In this document: positions 1 through 12,757 of the stretch, piece after piece
Position numbering within the stretch: the stretch's first letter is position 1
Layout of the letters: each line of letters starts with the position of its first letter
Source of the DNA: Octopus bimaculoides
Lineage: Eukaryota
Length of the DNA stretch: 64,000 nt
Direction: 5' to 3'
Assembly (NCBI RefSeq): GCF_001194135.2
Contig: NC_068991.1
Location: 53,970,010-54,034,009 of the forward strand
Notes under the pieces: generated by a model
Databases searched by the model: none
Seen by the model: the letters and a program-made list of their open reading frames with translations, nothing else
What the model was told of the DNA's origin: nothing
Translations under genes and position numbers: made by a program

Positions 1-3000
1 ATCAACATAATCTATTTCTTTTGCTGAGAATTATCAATATTTGTAAAATGCTATTATATTATTATACTTGGGGATGGTCATATTTTGCCAATAAAACACA
101 CACACTACATATTTGGTCTTTACTTCAACTTTATCATTATTAATAACAAAGCTGAAGTGAATGTATAGTGCATGTCTTTAATTGGCAAAATACAACCATC
201 TCCAAGTATAACAATATCTGTTTCAACAAATGATTTCACATCAAGAATCTTACAAGACAAATATATATAAACGTAATGAAATGTTATTATTTTGTGTTTT
301 ACTTTTTCTACTCATTTCTTTCTTGTATAATCTATATATAACTCTATAACTCCAAATAATGATAGTGCAAGCAAAAGATATAAACAACTGTAGTGAATAG
401 AATAATGATAATAACAATTATGAAAATGAAAATGAAAATGTTAATGATTTTAGCAAAAACAAGAGCACTCAGAGGGCACAAGCCTCCACTAAGACACCAC
501 CAACATCCTCTCAATGATTAGTTGGAGATGATCTTTAAAATAAGAATACCTGAAATAAACTCAATTGCTCCCACAAGGGATAAAATAATAGATAGAATAA
601 ACATCAGGCTTACAGGAAATAAGTCCAGGGGTCAATTTCCTCAACTAAAGGGTGGTGCTTCAGCATGGCCACCGTCAAATGACTGAAACACGTAAAAGAA
701 TAAAAGAATACCAGCAAAAAGTTCCATACCACTAAACCAAAAAGGTTCTTTGAATATGTGTGATGTATTTTAAGGTTAAATAGTAATTCCTTTTACATTT
801 GTGTAACTGAGATATTTTGGTTGGATTATATAGTCATTGGTGTTACATTACTTTCTATATTCTGTAACAGTTACAAAATACTTTTCTAGGCCTGAAATTT
901 TTGTGGAGAGAGGGTCAGTTGATTAAATCGACCCCAGTACACAACTAGCACTTAATTTATTGACCCCGAAAGGACAAAAGGCAAAGCCAATCTTGGCAGA
1001 ATTTGAACTCAGAATATAAAGACAGACATTCATAATACAAAAACATTTCTCATGGCACCAGTACACTATTTACAGATACTTACATTTTTTATTTTCCATG
1101 AATTTTTCACAGGTCCAGCTAGTATATATATATATATATNNNNNNNNNNNNNNNNNNNNNNNNNNNNNNNNNNNNNNNNNNNNNNNNNNNNNNNNNNNNN
1201 NNNNNNNNNNNNNNNNNNNNNNNNNNNNNNNNNNNNNNNNNNNNNNNNNNNNNNNNNNNNNNNNNNNNNNNNNNNNNNNNNNNNNNNNNNNNNNNNNNNN
1301 NNNNNNNNNNNNNNNNNNNNNNNNNNNNNNNNNNNNNNNNNNNNNNNNNNNNNNNNNNNNNNNNNNNNNNNNNNNNNNNNNNNNNNNNNNNNNNNNNNNN
1401 NNNNNNNNNNNNNNNNNNNNNNNNNNNNNNNNNNNNNNNNNNNNNNNNNNNNNNNNNNNNNNNNNNNNNNNNNNNNNNNNNNNNNNNNNNNNNNNNNNNN
1501 NNNNNNNNNNNNNNNNNNNNNNNNNNNNNNNNNNNNNNNNNNNNNNNNNNNNNNNNNNNNNNNNNNNNNNNNNNNNNNNNNNNNNNNNNNNNNNNNNNNN
1601 NNNNNNNNNNNNNNNNNNNNNNNNNNNNNNNNNNNNNNNNNNNNNNNNNNNNNNNNNNNNNNNNNNNNNNNNNNNNNNNNNNNNNNNNNNNNNNNNNNNN
1701 NNNNNNTATATGTATATATATGTATGTATGTATATATATGTATGTATGTATATATAGTTGTAAACAAGTGTCACTATTATGCAAGTGGTATCATTTGTTA
1801 CCCTGTATTTCATGAAAATAAGTCAGGTTGTGGGGATATATTACTGTGCTTGCAAACAGGTGGAGATTGTCAGCAGGAAGGGCATTGAGCTCTTGAAAAT
1901 CTGCCTCAATAAAATTCCATCTGATTCAAGCAAGCATGGAAAAGTGGAGGTTAAAATGATGATGATGATGATGGGTAAGCTGTTTGATGTGTAGGGGTGA
2001 TAAAAATAGGTGAAAAGTATCTCAGTTTAAACGTATATATCTGAAACAGGTATATATCTGAGAACCAATGAAATCTATGGGGGGGGGGGGGACTAATAAA
2101 AGATTCTTTGAGATTCTGAAGTGTGATAGTTTCATAGAAAAAGTGACGCAATATAAGTTTGCAAATATTTTGTTTAGATTTAAAATTTTAAATTTGAATA
2201 TAAGAAAATCAGAGTTATAAGCACTTCATCATTTGACATCTATTTATCATTCTGTCATGAGCTGGATAGTTTTAGGGAATCCAACTTTGGCATGGTTTCT
2301 ATGGTTGGATGCCCTTCATAATGCCAACCACCTTACAGAGTTTGCTGGGTGCTTTTGTCATGCTGCTGACACCAGTGAGGTCATCGGGTAAGTTTCAAGA
2401 TAGAAAACAATGGAAAAGGAAAAAAGGAAACCCTCCATAGGGTATGGAGTATTGGAGAAGAAAAGGTGGTTTTATGGTAGGTGCTGAGAGGCTACAGTAT
2501 TATAGAGGGACAAGTACAGGTGGTGGCATGGGGGAATAAACACAAAGACACAAGCATACATAAATATATATTAATCAAAGTATACAGGATTATTGATCTA
2601 TCTTAACCAATCTTACCAATCTGTTTTGCACTGGATATTAGATTACTGGATATTATGCTATTAAGTAACACCACATGCTCTTTAGAAATGCCATATTTTT
2701 TCCATACCTGCTGCTTCTAAAGTGCATGTGGTGTTATTTAACCTCACTGTTATTTAACATTCAGTAGTCTAATACTCAGTGTGAAACCAATTTGTAAGAT
2801 TGGCTGAAATTGATCTATAATGCAATATACTTTGATTAATACGCCCACTCTACTAACAAATATGAGTGCATATTCTTTTGACATATGCATTCTTAAAACA
2901 CAGTGTGTATGTGTGTGTGTAGATGTGTGTGTGTAGATGTGTGTGTGCATATATATATATATATATATAGAGATATGTGTATATCTGTGTATATTTGTTT

Positions 3001-3882
3001 ATGTATATATATCCTGAACTACAAAAGAAATGTTGCACTGTAAAAGATTATTTGTTTCACACATGATATTGAGATTATATGGATTTTATCACATTTCTAG
3101 GTAATTTGACATTGGGAAGATATCACTGACCCACAACACCACTCTCTTTTGAAAACACAAGGATTGCATGTAGGGTTTGAACTTGCTCACTTTTTGTGAA
3201 GATGGTAATACTCACGAATGCATTTTTATGAAAAGCATGATGCACGTACAAAAACGTTGACTCATTGGGTATAAACTGGACCCAAATTAACCAGCCTGTC
3301 ATTCGTTTCCTGAACACAGCAAGCATACTAACCAAGACTGATACAAAATCAGAGGTAGCAAGCCATCAGATGTCTCCATAAAGTCATTGCTAATGATTTG
3401 ATCTGCAGTATTCAGACAATTGAGCAGCTGAGGGAATAATGCAATGCCACAAACAGCACAGATGTTCGATCATGCAGTGGCTGCCCAAGGGTTACAATGG
3501 TACATCAAGATCACCACCTGCACCAACAGCACTTGCAGGACTGATTCCGGAGGGCAACAGAATCAGCTAGGCAGACCATAGGGGCTCACTACAGACCCAT
3601 TTGTGCAGAGACAGTTCACCGCTGACTGAGACCTTTCAATGTCTTGTCGACATCCAGCTAAGGGCCCCATCCTCACAGATCGTCATTGCAGACACATCAT
3701 TAAATGATAATGAGGATAAGAAGTCTTAAAGGGAAATTATGGAATAGCTTTATAATACTGAGACCTTTTGAAAGAAATGGACACTTTTTATACCACAATT
3801 ACTGTTTTCTTGTAGATAAATACATATTTTTAGAATTATTTTCTCCATAGGTTTTCAAAATCTCACTTCTGATTTTTACCAG

Positions 3883-3997
3883 GTCACCTTGATTGGATTC
3901 ACATTGAAAATTCCTGACAGTGTAATGGGTATCACATTTTTGGCTGCCGGCACAAGCATTCCTGATGCTATGGCAAGTGTCTATGTTGTTAGACAAG
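3883..3997 (+). CDS. SLC24/NCKX-family K+-dependent Na+/Ca2+ exchanger, first coding exon visible in the window
   Basis: ttttaccag|GTC...CAA G|gtaaac. Translates [38 protein letters not shown](G), which contains the alpha-2 repeat [13 protein letters not shown] of NCKX exchangers. 115 nt, phase 0 to 1. Confidence 0.95.
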
Positions 3998-4279
3998 GTA
4001 AACATCTTTTTACACACCAATTAAATACTTTAAAATTAAGCCACTATAATTAAGAATTAAATACCACTCATCATTCCCATGCAAATCCCTCAACCCATTC
4101 CTCTTCAAGACACAAATTTTTAAACCCTTAACTTCAACATCTCTGTTATCCTGGCTACACATTTTTCTTTCTAATTTTTTTTTTCAAAAGCTGTGAAATA
4201 TACACTCCCCTCTTCTTGTCATTCACATTTCTCACCTAAATATCAACTACAATTTTCTCTGGCCCTTCCTAACACCAGG

Positions 4280-4460
4280 ATTTACTGGGTGCTTTTTATG
4301 TTGGCACTAACACCAGTGATTTTTATGTGGCATTATCAGTGTTTTTAAAATGGCACTATCAGTGCTTTTTATGTGACACCACCAGTGCTTTTTACATGAC
4401 AACAGTACTGGTGCTTTTTATACAGCACCATCACTAGTGCTTTTAATGAGGCACCAGCAC
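4280..4460. repeat. Degenerate minisatellite (GTGCTTTTTAYRTGGCACCA-like units)
   Basis: About 6 imperfect units. The same motif occurs in the RTE 3'-tail copies. Confidence 0.6.
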
Positions 4461-4635
4461 TAAAAACAAAACACCAATTATATTACTAATGTAATCAGAT
4501 ATATATTTAAATATTATCAAAATTGAGGAATTCTACATAAGAATTATTAGTCACTGGGTAGAGCTTCTTCAGATTTTCAGTTGTTAAATAAGTATCCTAT
4601 AATTTATGTGAATGATTGGTATTTTATTTTTACAG

Positions 4636-4748
4636 GAATGGGTGATATGGCCGTGTCAAATTCTATTGGAAGCAATGTGTTTGATATTCTTTTGGGACTT
4701 GCCCTCCCTTGGTTCATCCAAACAGCTCTCGTTGATCCAGGATCTTAT
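4636..4748 (+). CDS. SLC24/NCKX exon
   Basis: tttacag|GA ATG...TAT|gtaaga. (G)MGDMAVSNSIGSNVFDILLGLALPWFIQTALVDPGSY. Phase joins the previous exon exactly. Confidence 0.95.
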
Positions 4749-5338
4749 GTAAGAATTATTACTTTACTGTGTAACAATTTTTTTTTTTTTTTTGGTCAGT
4801 AAGTGTTATTTCCTATTTGTTTCTATCTAGAAATCAAAGGAAAAGACTACTATTCCCTTCAAACTTTGCTTCTTTGATCTGGACACCAATGTTTTGAAAC
4901 TGACCTACTCTCCATTACATTTCAGACAGACTCAGGATCAAGTTGCTGAAGCAGAAATATTGTTATAGCAAATATTCAGCTCAATACCACAGATTTCTTT
5001 GTCAGTTGCTTGACCTTAACCACTTGAGCATGTCCATTAGTGGCTGACAATACGCGCATCACTGACCATGAACAGGAGTAGTGGGTGGGGGGAATATCAT
5101 AGCCATATGTTGAGATGGATTCTTTGGGGGTTTGAATAAATGTAACAAAAGCAAAGTTTGAAGGAAGCATTAGTTATTTTTCATACTTCCTAGGGGTTAG
5201 TAAATAGGAAATAACAGTTGCTACTCAAGGATAAAGATCGTATTATGCAGTGTAATGGGTATGAGACATTTTCGTGCTGTCAGTTTAGTTCTATTTATGT
5301 GGCACCACCGTTTTGATACTCACTTAGACATAGAATTC

Positions 5339-5342
<4 letters not shown>

Positions 5343-5429
<87 letters not shown>
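5343..5429. repeat. (CT)n microsatellite, representative of dozens of (TA)n, (CA)n, (GA)n, (AAT)n, (ATC)n and (GATA)n tracts; most N-gaps are bounded by such tracts
   Basis: Direct inspection. Confidence 0.98.
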
Positions 5430-5433
<4 letters not shown>

Positions 5434-6464
5434 CTCTATGTGTGTACCTGTGTGTATTTGCCCACAATGCCAAAATCTATTGTTATGGAAACAGTCAAAT
5501 GCCCAGTCAGCTGTGCCAAATGTATGTATATTGTACTTTTATGTGTGTGTGCATGTATGCAGAATATGTGAATACATATACATGCATCTTCATGCTGGTT
5601 TTAATTTGTAAAATAGTTCATAAAAAGACAAAAATTCTTAAATAAAGAAATTTGTTTTTATCTTTGCTTTGCATCCAGTGGGGATTTATATACAATGGAC
5701 TTCCTCACCGTTTCCATGGACCAAATTCACTTGCAAGGCATTGGTCAGCTTGGGGCTATAGCAGAAGACACTTGCCCAAGTTGTCACAGAGTGGAACTTA
5801 ACTGAAGACCACATAGTTGAAAGCGAGCTTTTTAACCACACAGTTATGCCTCCTTTCCTTGGAATTCCAGATATTTCACTGATATTCTTCATAGTTTCAT
5901 TAATTTCTGAAATACTTACAAGTTACTTTAGAACGATGCAGTTTATAATTGGAATTTAGTTAGTGTACCACCAGCAATGACTGTTTGCACCTTAGTTTAC
6001 AGGCAGCAATGACTATTATTACTGTTGCAACTTAAGAAAGTGTAACAGCAATAACAGTGAATGTGTGAGAAAAACAGCCAAATGGTTTCTGTAGTTCAAC
6101 AACTCAGTTATTAGGTTTCTGCAATAATAATTTACTTCTGTGATGACTGTTTTGTTTATAGCTAAAAATTCCTTCACCACAAGTACTTGCTTACTTTTAA
6201 GATTACAGTATTGCACTTCTAATGTTTTTAGTCACTCTCTCTCTCTCTCTTTCTTCCTGTGTGTTCGAAACACCAGTGTTAGAATGGTGGCAGCTGATGA
6301 AGGAAATGTTCTCTATGTGGCCTCTGTGTTTTCTGTACTCTGTTTATCATTTTGTCTACGTTTTGTTTGCAACGTCCTGTACCCAGATATGCATCTATAT
6401 ATACAGGTAGATGTAGGTATGTACATACATGTACGTATATATGCATATACTCATTTATTATTTG

Positions 6465-6495
<31 letters not shown>

Positions 6496-6838
6496 CGAGT
6501 AAAAATAAATACAAAAAAGGTGGGTTTTTTGTATGATTGTGTATAGAGGAATATATTATTTAGTTTAAAAGAGTTCCANNNNNNNNNNNNNNNNNNNNNN
6601 NNNNNNNNNNNNNNNNNNNNNNNNNNNNNNNNNNNNNNNNNNNNNNNNNNNNNNNNNNNNNNNNNNNNNNNATATAAAATAAAATAAAATAAAAATGGAT
6701 GACACCATGAAAGAAAGTATTGAATGTAGATGAAATATTGAGTGTTCAATTTAAAGGATCAAATATATAAATATATAAATATAAATATATAAAGGCGACT
6801 CGAGTTTCAGGGCTATTTCCCTTCGTCATGGCCGGTAA

Positions 6839-7222
6839 CAGTGATACCTCGCAGTATGAGTTTAATTCATTCCATGACCAAGCTCGTATTATGATTTACT
6901 AATTTTACAAATCAGTTTTCCCCATTGAAATTAACTAAAATATAATTAATCTGTTCCAATTCCCAAAAACCACTAAAAAATAATTTTTTAAGGGTTTTAA
7001 AACAGGAAAGGCGTAGTTACAAGTAAAATGACAGTTATAAAAAAGACAATACAAAGGAAATATATAACTGGTTTTATTAACTGAATTACCTTAAAGATGG
7101 GACTATTTGTGTGCTCGTACTGTGGATTTCCACTCGCACTTCAAGACAAAAATTTGCACAAGTCTTAGTTCATACAGCAAACTACTAGCACAATGGTGCA
7201 CTCGTACTGCAAGGTTCTACTG
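6839..7222. mobile_element. Tigger/pogo-like non-autonomous DNA transposon (MITE) in an NCKX intron
   Basis: Imperfect TIRs: CAGTGATACCTCGCAGTATGAGT on the left and CAGTAGAACCTTGCAGTACGAGT on the right (reverse complement). TA follows the right end. No ORF. Confidence 0.7.
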
Positions 7223-7390
7223 TATATATGAGGCACAGATGTGGCTGTGTGGTAAGAAGTTTGCTTCCCAACCACACAGTTTTGGGTTCAGTACCACTGT
7301 GTGGCACTTTGGGCAAGTGCCTTCTACTATAGCCTCAGGCCAAGACCTTGTGAGGGGAATTAGTAGATGGAAACTGAAAGAAGCCCATCG

Positions 7391-7424
<34 letters not shown>

Positions 7425-7608
7425 TAATGTGTGTGTGTGTGTGTGTGTGCATGTGTTAGCTTTTGAATATTGGGTTAAAAATCCCTTTTGGATATCAGTT
7501 ATAGCTTTATGCACTTAGAGATCTGCTATTCTAGAAGAGAATTATTTCATATTCTCTCAAAAGGTTATAAATTCTTATGACATTCACATTATATTATTTG
7601 TATTTTAG

Positions 7609-7674
7609 GTGCATATTAACAGTAACGGGATGGTCTACTCAATTTTATTGCTGTTTATTACAGTGATTGCAACC
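7609..7674 (+). CDS. SLC24/NCKX exon
   Basis: tattttag|GTG...ACC|gtaagt. VHINSNGMVYSILLLFITVIAT, 66 nt, phase 0 to 0. Confidence 0.92.
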
Positions 7675-8149
7675 GTAAGTACTAATAACATTTATCTCTT
7701 TCAATTACTTTGCTTTGTTAACACTATAGCATTTAAACAGGCCATACCCACCTCAAATACTCTACCTGTTTTATATTTAAACTGGCCAGATCTGACTGCT
7801 CACACCTACCCTACAATGTTATTCTAAAAATAAACAATATACATAGGTACAGGTGTGGCTCTGTGGTAAGAAGCTTGCTTTCCAACCACATCTTTTGAGG
7901 TTCAGTCTCACTGCATAGCACCTTATGCGAGTGTCTTCAGAACCTCTAAAACCTTGTTTCCACTTTTAACAACAAGGTAGTGATTATCAATAGTTTTTAA
8001 CTAAAATTTTTTAAAATTACTGGTCTAAAAATATCAATAAATATAATTTAATAATCTATATGATCAATAAATATAATGTATTAATAATTAACATGATCAA
8101 TTAATGATCAACAAAATTTTATTTAATGATATTTCTTTTTACTTTGTAG

Positions 8150-8296
8150 GTTAGTGCTATCAGAAAAGCCGGCTGGTATCTTAACCGCTACGTTGGGATC
8201 GCTTGTCTTGTTACCTATGCTATCTACTTAGTCTTGTCAGTTATGATTGAATGCAATGTCCTTGGCTTTGTTAACCTCCCTATGTGCACTGAGTGA
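8150..8296 (+). CDS. SLC24/NCKX terminal coding exon (NCKX3/4/5-like C-terminus)
   Basis: ctttgtag|GTT...GAG TGA. VSAIRKAGWYLNRYVGIACLVTYAIYLVLSVMIECNVLGFVNLPMCTE*. The ending IExNVxxFVNLPMC matches the SLC24A3/A4-type tail as I recall it. An AATAAA lies at about 8517. Confidence 0.93.
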   Translation, partial: VSAIRKAGWYLNRYVGIACLVTYAIYLVLSVMIECNVLGFVNLPMCTE

Positions 8297-9036
8297 ATGA
8301 CACACCACTGACAACAAATCAATGCCTAACACTGATTATCGGCCTTCACTGCCTCTCATTTTCCTTTTTATTTGCATTCATTGCCAACATTATTGCAGGA
8401 ATGGTAGTTAGTTATCTTTAAAACATTAACATCCATTCTCTGTAAATATAGAACCACCATTTGTTAATTGAATGCAATTTTAATGCAATGAGGACAAACA
8501 TCCAAACGGCATTAGAATAAACCACTTTTTATTGCCGCAGAACTGAAATACTGTACCGGAAGTGCCGACATATTCTAAAGAACAATTTTTTCCTAATTTT
8601 GGGAAACACATCGTTAGAATACTCATGAGCAAAATATCTTTAAAATGTAGTTATTAAAATTTCAACCCTTTCTATTACAACAATTTTTTTTACTACTACT
8701 ACTACTACTAATACTACAGACTCTACTACTATAAATACTACTAAAAATACACTACCACCACCACCACCACCAGATCTGCTACTACAAATGCTGTTGCTAT
8801 CATCTGTTACTGGATATTAATATCCTACACATTTTCATTCTGATGGCCAGCAGGATCTCTCATCATCACTGTCATCACATTTATTTATTTATTTATTATT
8901 TAATTCAGTCAGATATGTTTTAATATATTCCTTAACTCCTTTTGCTTTTCTTGAAAATATTAGTCCCTGATTAACTCAAACAATTGCTGTAACATTATTT
9001 TGCCAGAATCTCTCAAAGTTAGTTAATATTAACAGC

Positions 9037-9089
<53 letters not shown>

Positions 9090-9782
9090 TAATAGTAAAA
9101 AAGAATTAAGGAAAAGTGGAGATGAAGTAAGACTAAGCTGTTAAATGATTATTATCACCAATGTCCACATAATCAGTTTTGTTTTTAATGAAAGCTATAC
9201 TTTTATTATCAATTTAAATTACTTGTATGTAATTACACATGCACATACACACACACACGCACACACACGCACACACACACATATATATAAACAAATAAAA
9301 CAGAGGCAAGAGGCAAAGAGTTTTAATATTTCCATAGAGGTTACAGTTGTTTCATAATCCACTCAGAATTACATCATTAATTATGTTGGGATTTAGCTAT
9401 CTTTGTGACCTTATAGCTGGGTCTACGGCTAAAGTCATTTTGGTTTTTTTTTAGTTTTTATTTTACATTTAAAACATTTATTGTTGAAACCTTAACTATG
9501 CTCTAGTTTTAAATTTTATATTAAAGACTTCTTAAAATAACGTGTTTATTGCAGTACATTCCATTTGGAACAATACGTTTCTAAGGATCTCTTCCAGTTT
9601 CAAGACCTTCTCTAAATTGTTCATCTGAAATAATTGTAGAGGCAATTGTTATTGCTGTTTAAAATCTTACATTAGGATCATTGAAAATTTTGTTGTCTGT
9701 CTGCTTCTCTCATTTCTTAGTATCAAATTTCAAATGTCCCAACCGTTGATATAAAATTTTTTTACAGAAATAAATGGATAAA

Positions 9783-9871
<89 letters not shown>

Positions 9872-10832
9872 CCAAGAATATTTGAAAAATAGTTCTGAGA
9901 AGGTCTTGAAATAAGAATGAACTTTGAATATTATAAGATTCCAATGAAATATAAGGGACCATGAAAGAAATGTGATAAATCCTTTTTTTAAAACAAATAA
10001 AAAAATGGAGCTTAGTCTTGCTTAAATAACAGACATATACATGCACATATTTATATACATAAATACATTGTATTTGATACATCTTTATGGGCTATTTCTA
10101 ATAAATGAAACACATGAACTATGCCTATCCACTAATTTATTCCCTAGTTTTATCAAAATCATCAAAGTGATATACTTTGCTTTCTTGATACTCTTGTTTC
10201 GCTGAAGCATGGTATCAAGATAGGGTATCAAGTAGGATATCAAAGAACAGTAGATAGGGTTTTAATACAATTAACTCTAGAAGAAATTGATTAGTCATTT
10301 GCTATGGCTCTTGTGTTTAATTTATAAATCAACAATATAACTGTACCAAAATACAGTGTGCATATGTCAACATATATGTATGTTATTTATGTCTCTGTGT
10401 GTATGTGTGTGTGTGTGTGTGTGTGCGTGCGTGTGTGTTTGTGTGTGTGTGCGTGCGTGTGTGTTTGTGTGTGTGTGGTGGTAGTGGTGACTTAATGCCA
10501 ATTAACGATATTTGAATACTACTGAATCAAACTCAAACACCTAAAATTCTTCTAAATTTAATTTATTGTCCTTTTGTTGAAAAATCATTCAACAAAAGCA
10601 ATGAAGCTTGTTATTTGGAAATCAAAAATTCCATCTTTTCTTTCTTATCCAAAAATATGTGAGCATGCTGCTGTATTTCAACCATTTTTGCTGACGTGCT
10701 TACCATGTAAATAAACAAACCACTATATATCCTCTTTTTTAAACGATTTTTGCTGGATTTTATTTTTGCTTGGTTATATATATAGATATATATATATACT
10801 GCACACACATGTACACACACACATGTGGCACA

Positions 10833-10888
<56 letters not shown>

Positions 10889-11515
10889 CAATCAAATCCC
10901 AGCTTAGTCTGATTTTCAATAGAGTTTGTAAGCTTTTCAATCTGATAGAGCCTATCAGAAAGCATTAAATGTTCTTTCACTACAGTTGTCAAATGTGAAG
11001 CTAATTAGCTGTTTGTTAATGTTGATACTACCTGAAGATTGTTATAAAACACGAAAGTACTTGTAATATGTAATATTGTAAAAATGCATTAATAAAATGT
11101 GAAATAAGACAATGTTGAAATCTGATTGACTGATATATTTATCTATACACAATTTTATAAAACCCTGATATATATATGTATGTATATATAGTGTGTGAAT
11201 ACAAAGGTTCAATACCTTACAGTAACCAGTAGTTTAACATCTGAGCCCTATACAAGGGATTCTTTGGACAAGTCAGTTTGAAGCACCCTTACTAAGGATC
11301 AAACTGTGGATCAGTGTAAGGCATAAAATCTACCAATTTCCACTATACATTTCTACTCTACAAATAACCTATTTGAGTTTTCTTTCTCTCTCTCACTCCC
11401 TCTCTCTCACTCCCTCTCTCTCACTTAGGGATAGTAGTAACAAGTACAACCTATCCACTGTTATACAAGTGTGTGTGTATGTGTGTTTATTCATTTAACT
11501 TTATGCTTGTGTATA

Positions 11516-11554
<39 letters not shown>

Positions 11555-11642
11555 GAGAATATACAAAAAATAACAACAGACGAGGACAGGTGGTGTAAAT
11601 AACAAAAGTATATATTAGTATGACGCTCGGGAATACGGAAAG

Positions 11643-11679
11643 TCTTTGACGTTTCGAGCTACGCTCTTCAACAGAAAGA
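11643..11679 (-). ncRNA. Minimal type-I hammerhead-like motif (A6 substituted by U)
   Basis: Minus strand: TCTTT-CTGTTGA-A-GAGC-GTA-GCTC-GAAA-C-GTC-AAAGA. Stem I and stem II are perfect and the cleavage triplet is GUC. Confidence 0.6.
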
Positions 11680-12262
11680 ATACGGAGACAAGGAGAAAAA
11701 CACGGAGAANNNNNNNNNNNNNNNNNNNNNNNNNNNNNNNNNNNNNNNNNNNNNNNNNNNNNNNNNNNNNNNNNNNNNNNNNNNNNNNNNNNNNNNNNNN
11801 NNNNNNNNNNNNNNNNNNNNNNNNNNNNNNNNNNNNNNNNNNNNNNNNNNNNNNNNNNNNNNNNNNNNNNNNNNNNNNNNNNNNNNNNNNNNNNNNNNNN
11901 NNNNNNNNNNNNNNNNNNNNNNNNNNNNNNNNNNNNNNNNNNNNNNNNNNNNNNNNNNNNNNNNNNNNNNNNNNNNNNNNNNNNNNNNNNNNNNNNNNNN
12001 NNNNNNNNNNNNNNNNNNNNNNNNNNNNNNNNNNNNNNNNNNNNNNNNNNNNNNNNNNNNNNNNNNNNNNNNNNNNNNNNNNNNNNNNNNNNNNNNNNNN
12101 NNNNNNNNNNNNNNNNNNNNNNNNNNNNNNNNNNNNNNNNNNNNNNNNNNNNNNNNNNNNNNNNNNNNNNNNNNNNNNNNNNNNNNNNNNNNNNNNNNNN
12201 NNNNNNNNNNNNNNNNNNNNNNNNNNNNNNNNNNNNNNNNNNNNNNNNNNNNNNNNNNNNNN

Positions 12263-12336
<74 letters not shown>

Positions 12337-12713
12337 ACGGGACTTTTTGTTACTTCCTATAAAGTATTTATAGCTTACTGTCCTTATTTCTTATAGTTCA
12401 GTATTCTATTGTGTCCATTTTCAACCCATACTTTACTCATTGTCACAACTCTATTATTAAAATCGATGTCAAATATTTTATATATTGTGCTGTTAGCTTC
12501 TGATGCATCCTAGCTAACCGTCTTACCTAATATTAAATGACAACACTCTCAGCTCAGCTGTTTGTTTGTCATTGGTGATATAAGATGTTGTTAGTGATGT
12601 AAAGTGAAAATGACCACATTTTGCTGTTTGCTTGTCGATAGAACGCTTGATATGTTATATGTGTCAAAGGGCTTTATCTATTTCTTAGTATATTAAACTC
12701 AAAAGATTTCATC

Positions 12714-12757
<44 letters not shown>

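Noticed and set aside
1052-1888. Long ORFs spanning N-runs, also at about 11.6, 15.1, 35.0, 55.2, 58.4 and 61.0 kb
   Set aside because: They are open only because N translates as X. The flanks are microsatellite-derived (YIYI, HTHT, CVCV).
3123-3335. 70-aa minus-strand ORF with an AG...GTGAGT-bounded segment inside an NCKX intron
   Set aside because: No recognisable domain and no partner exons found.
6255-6330. GAAAC...CTGATGAAGG arrangement suggesting a permuted hammerhead
   Set aside because: The stems cannot be paired convincingly and the triplet would be GUG.
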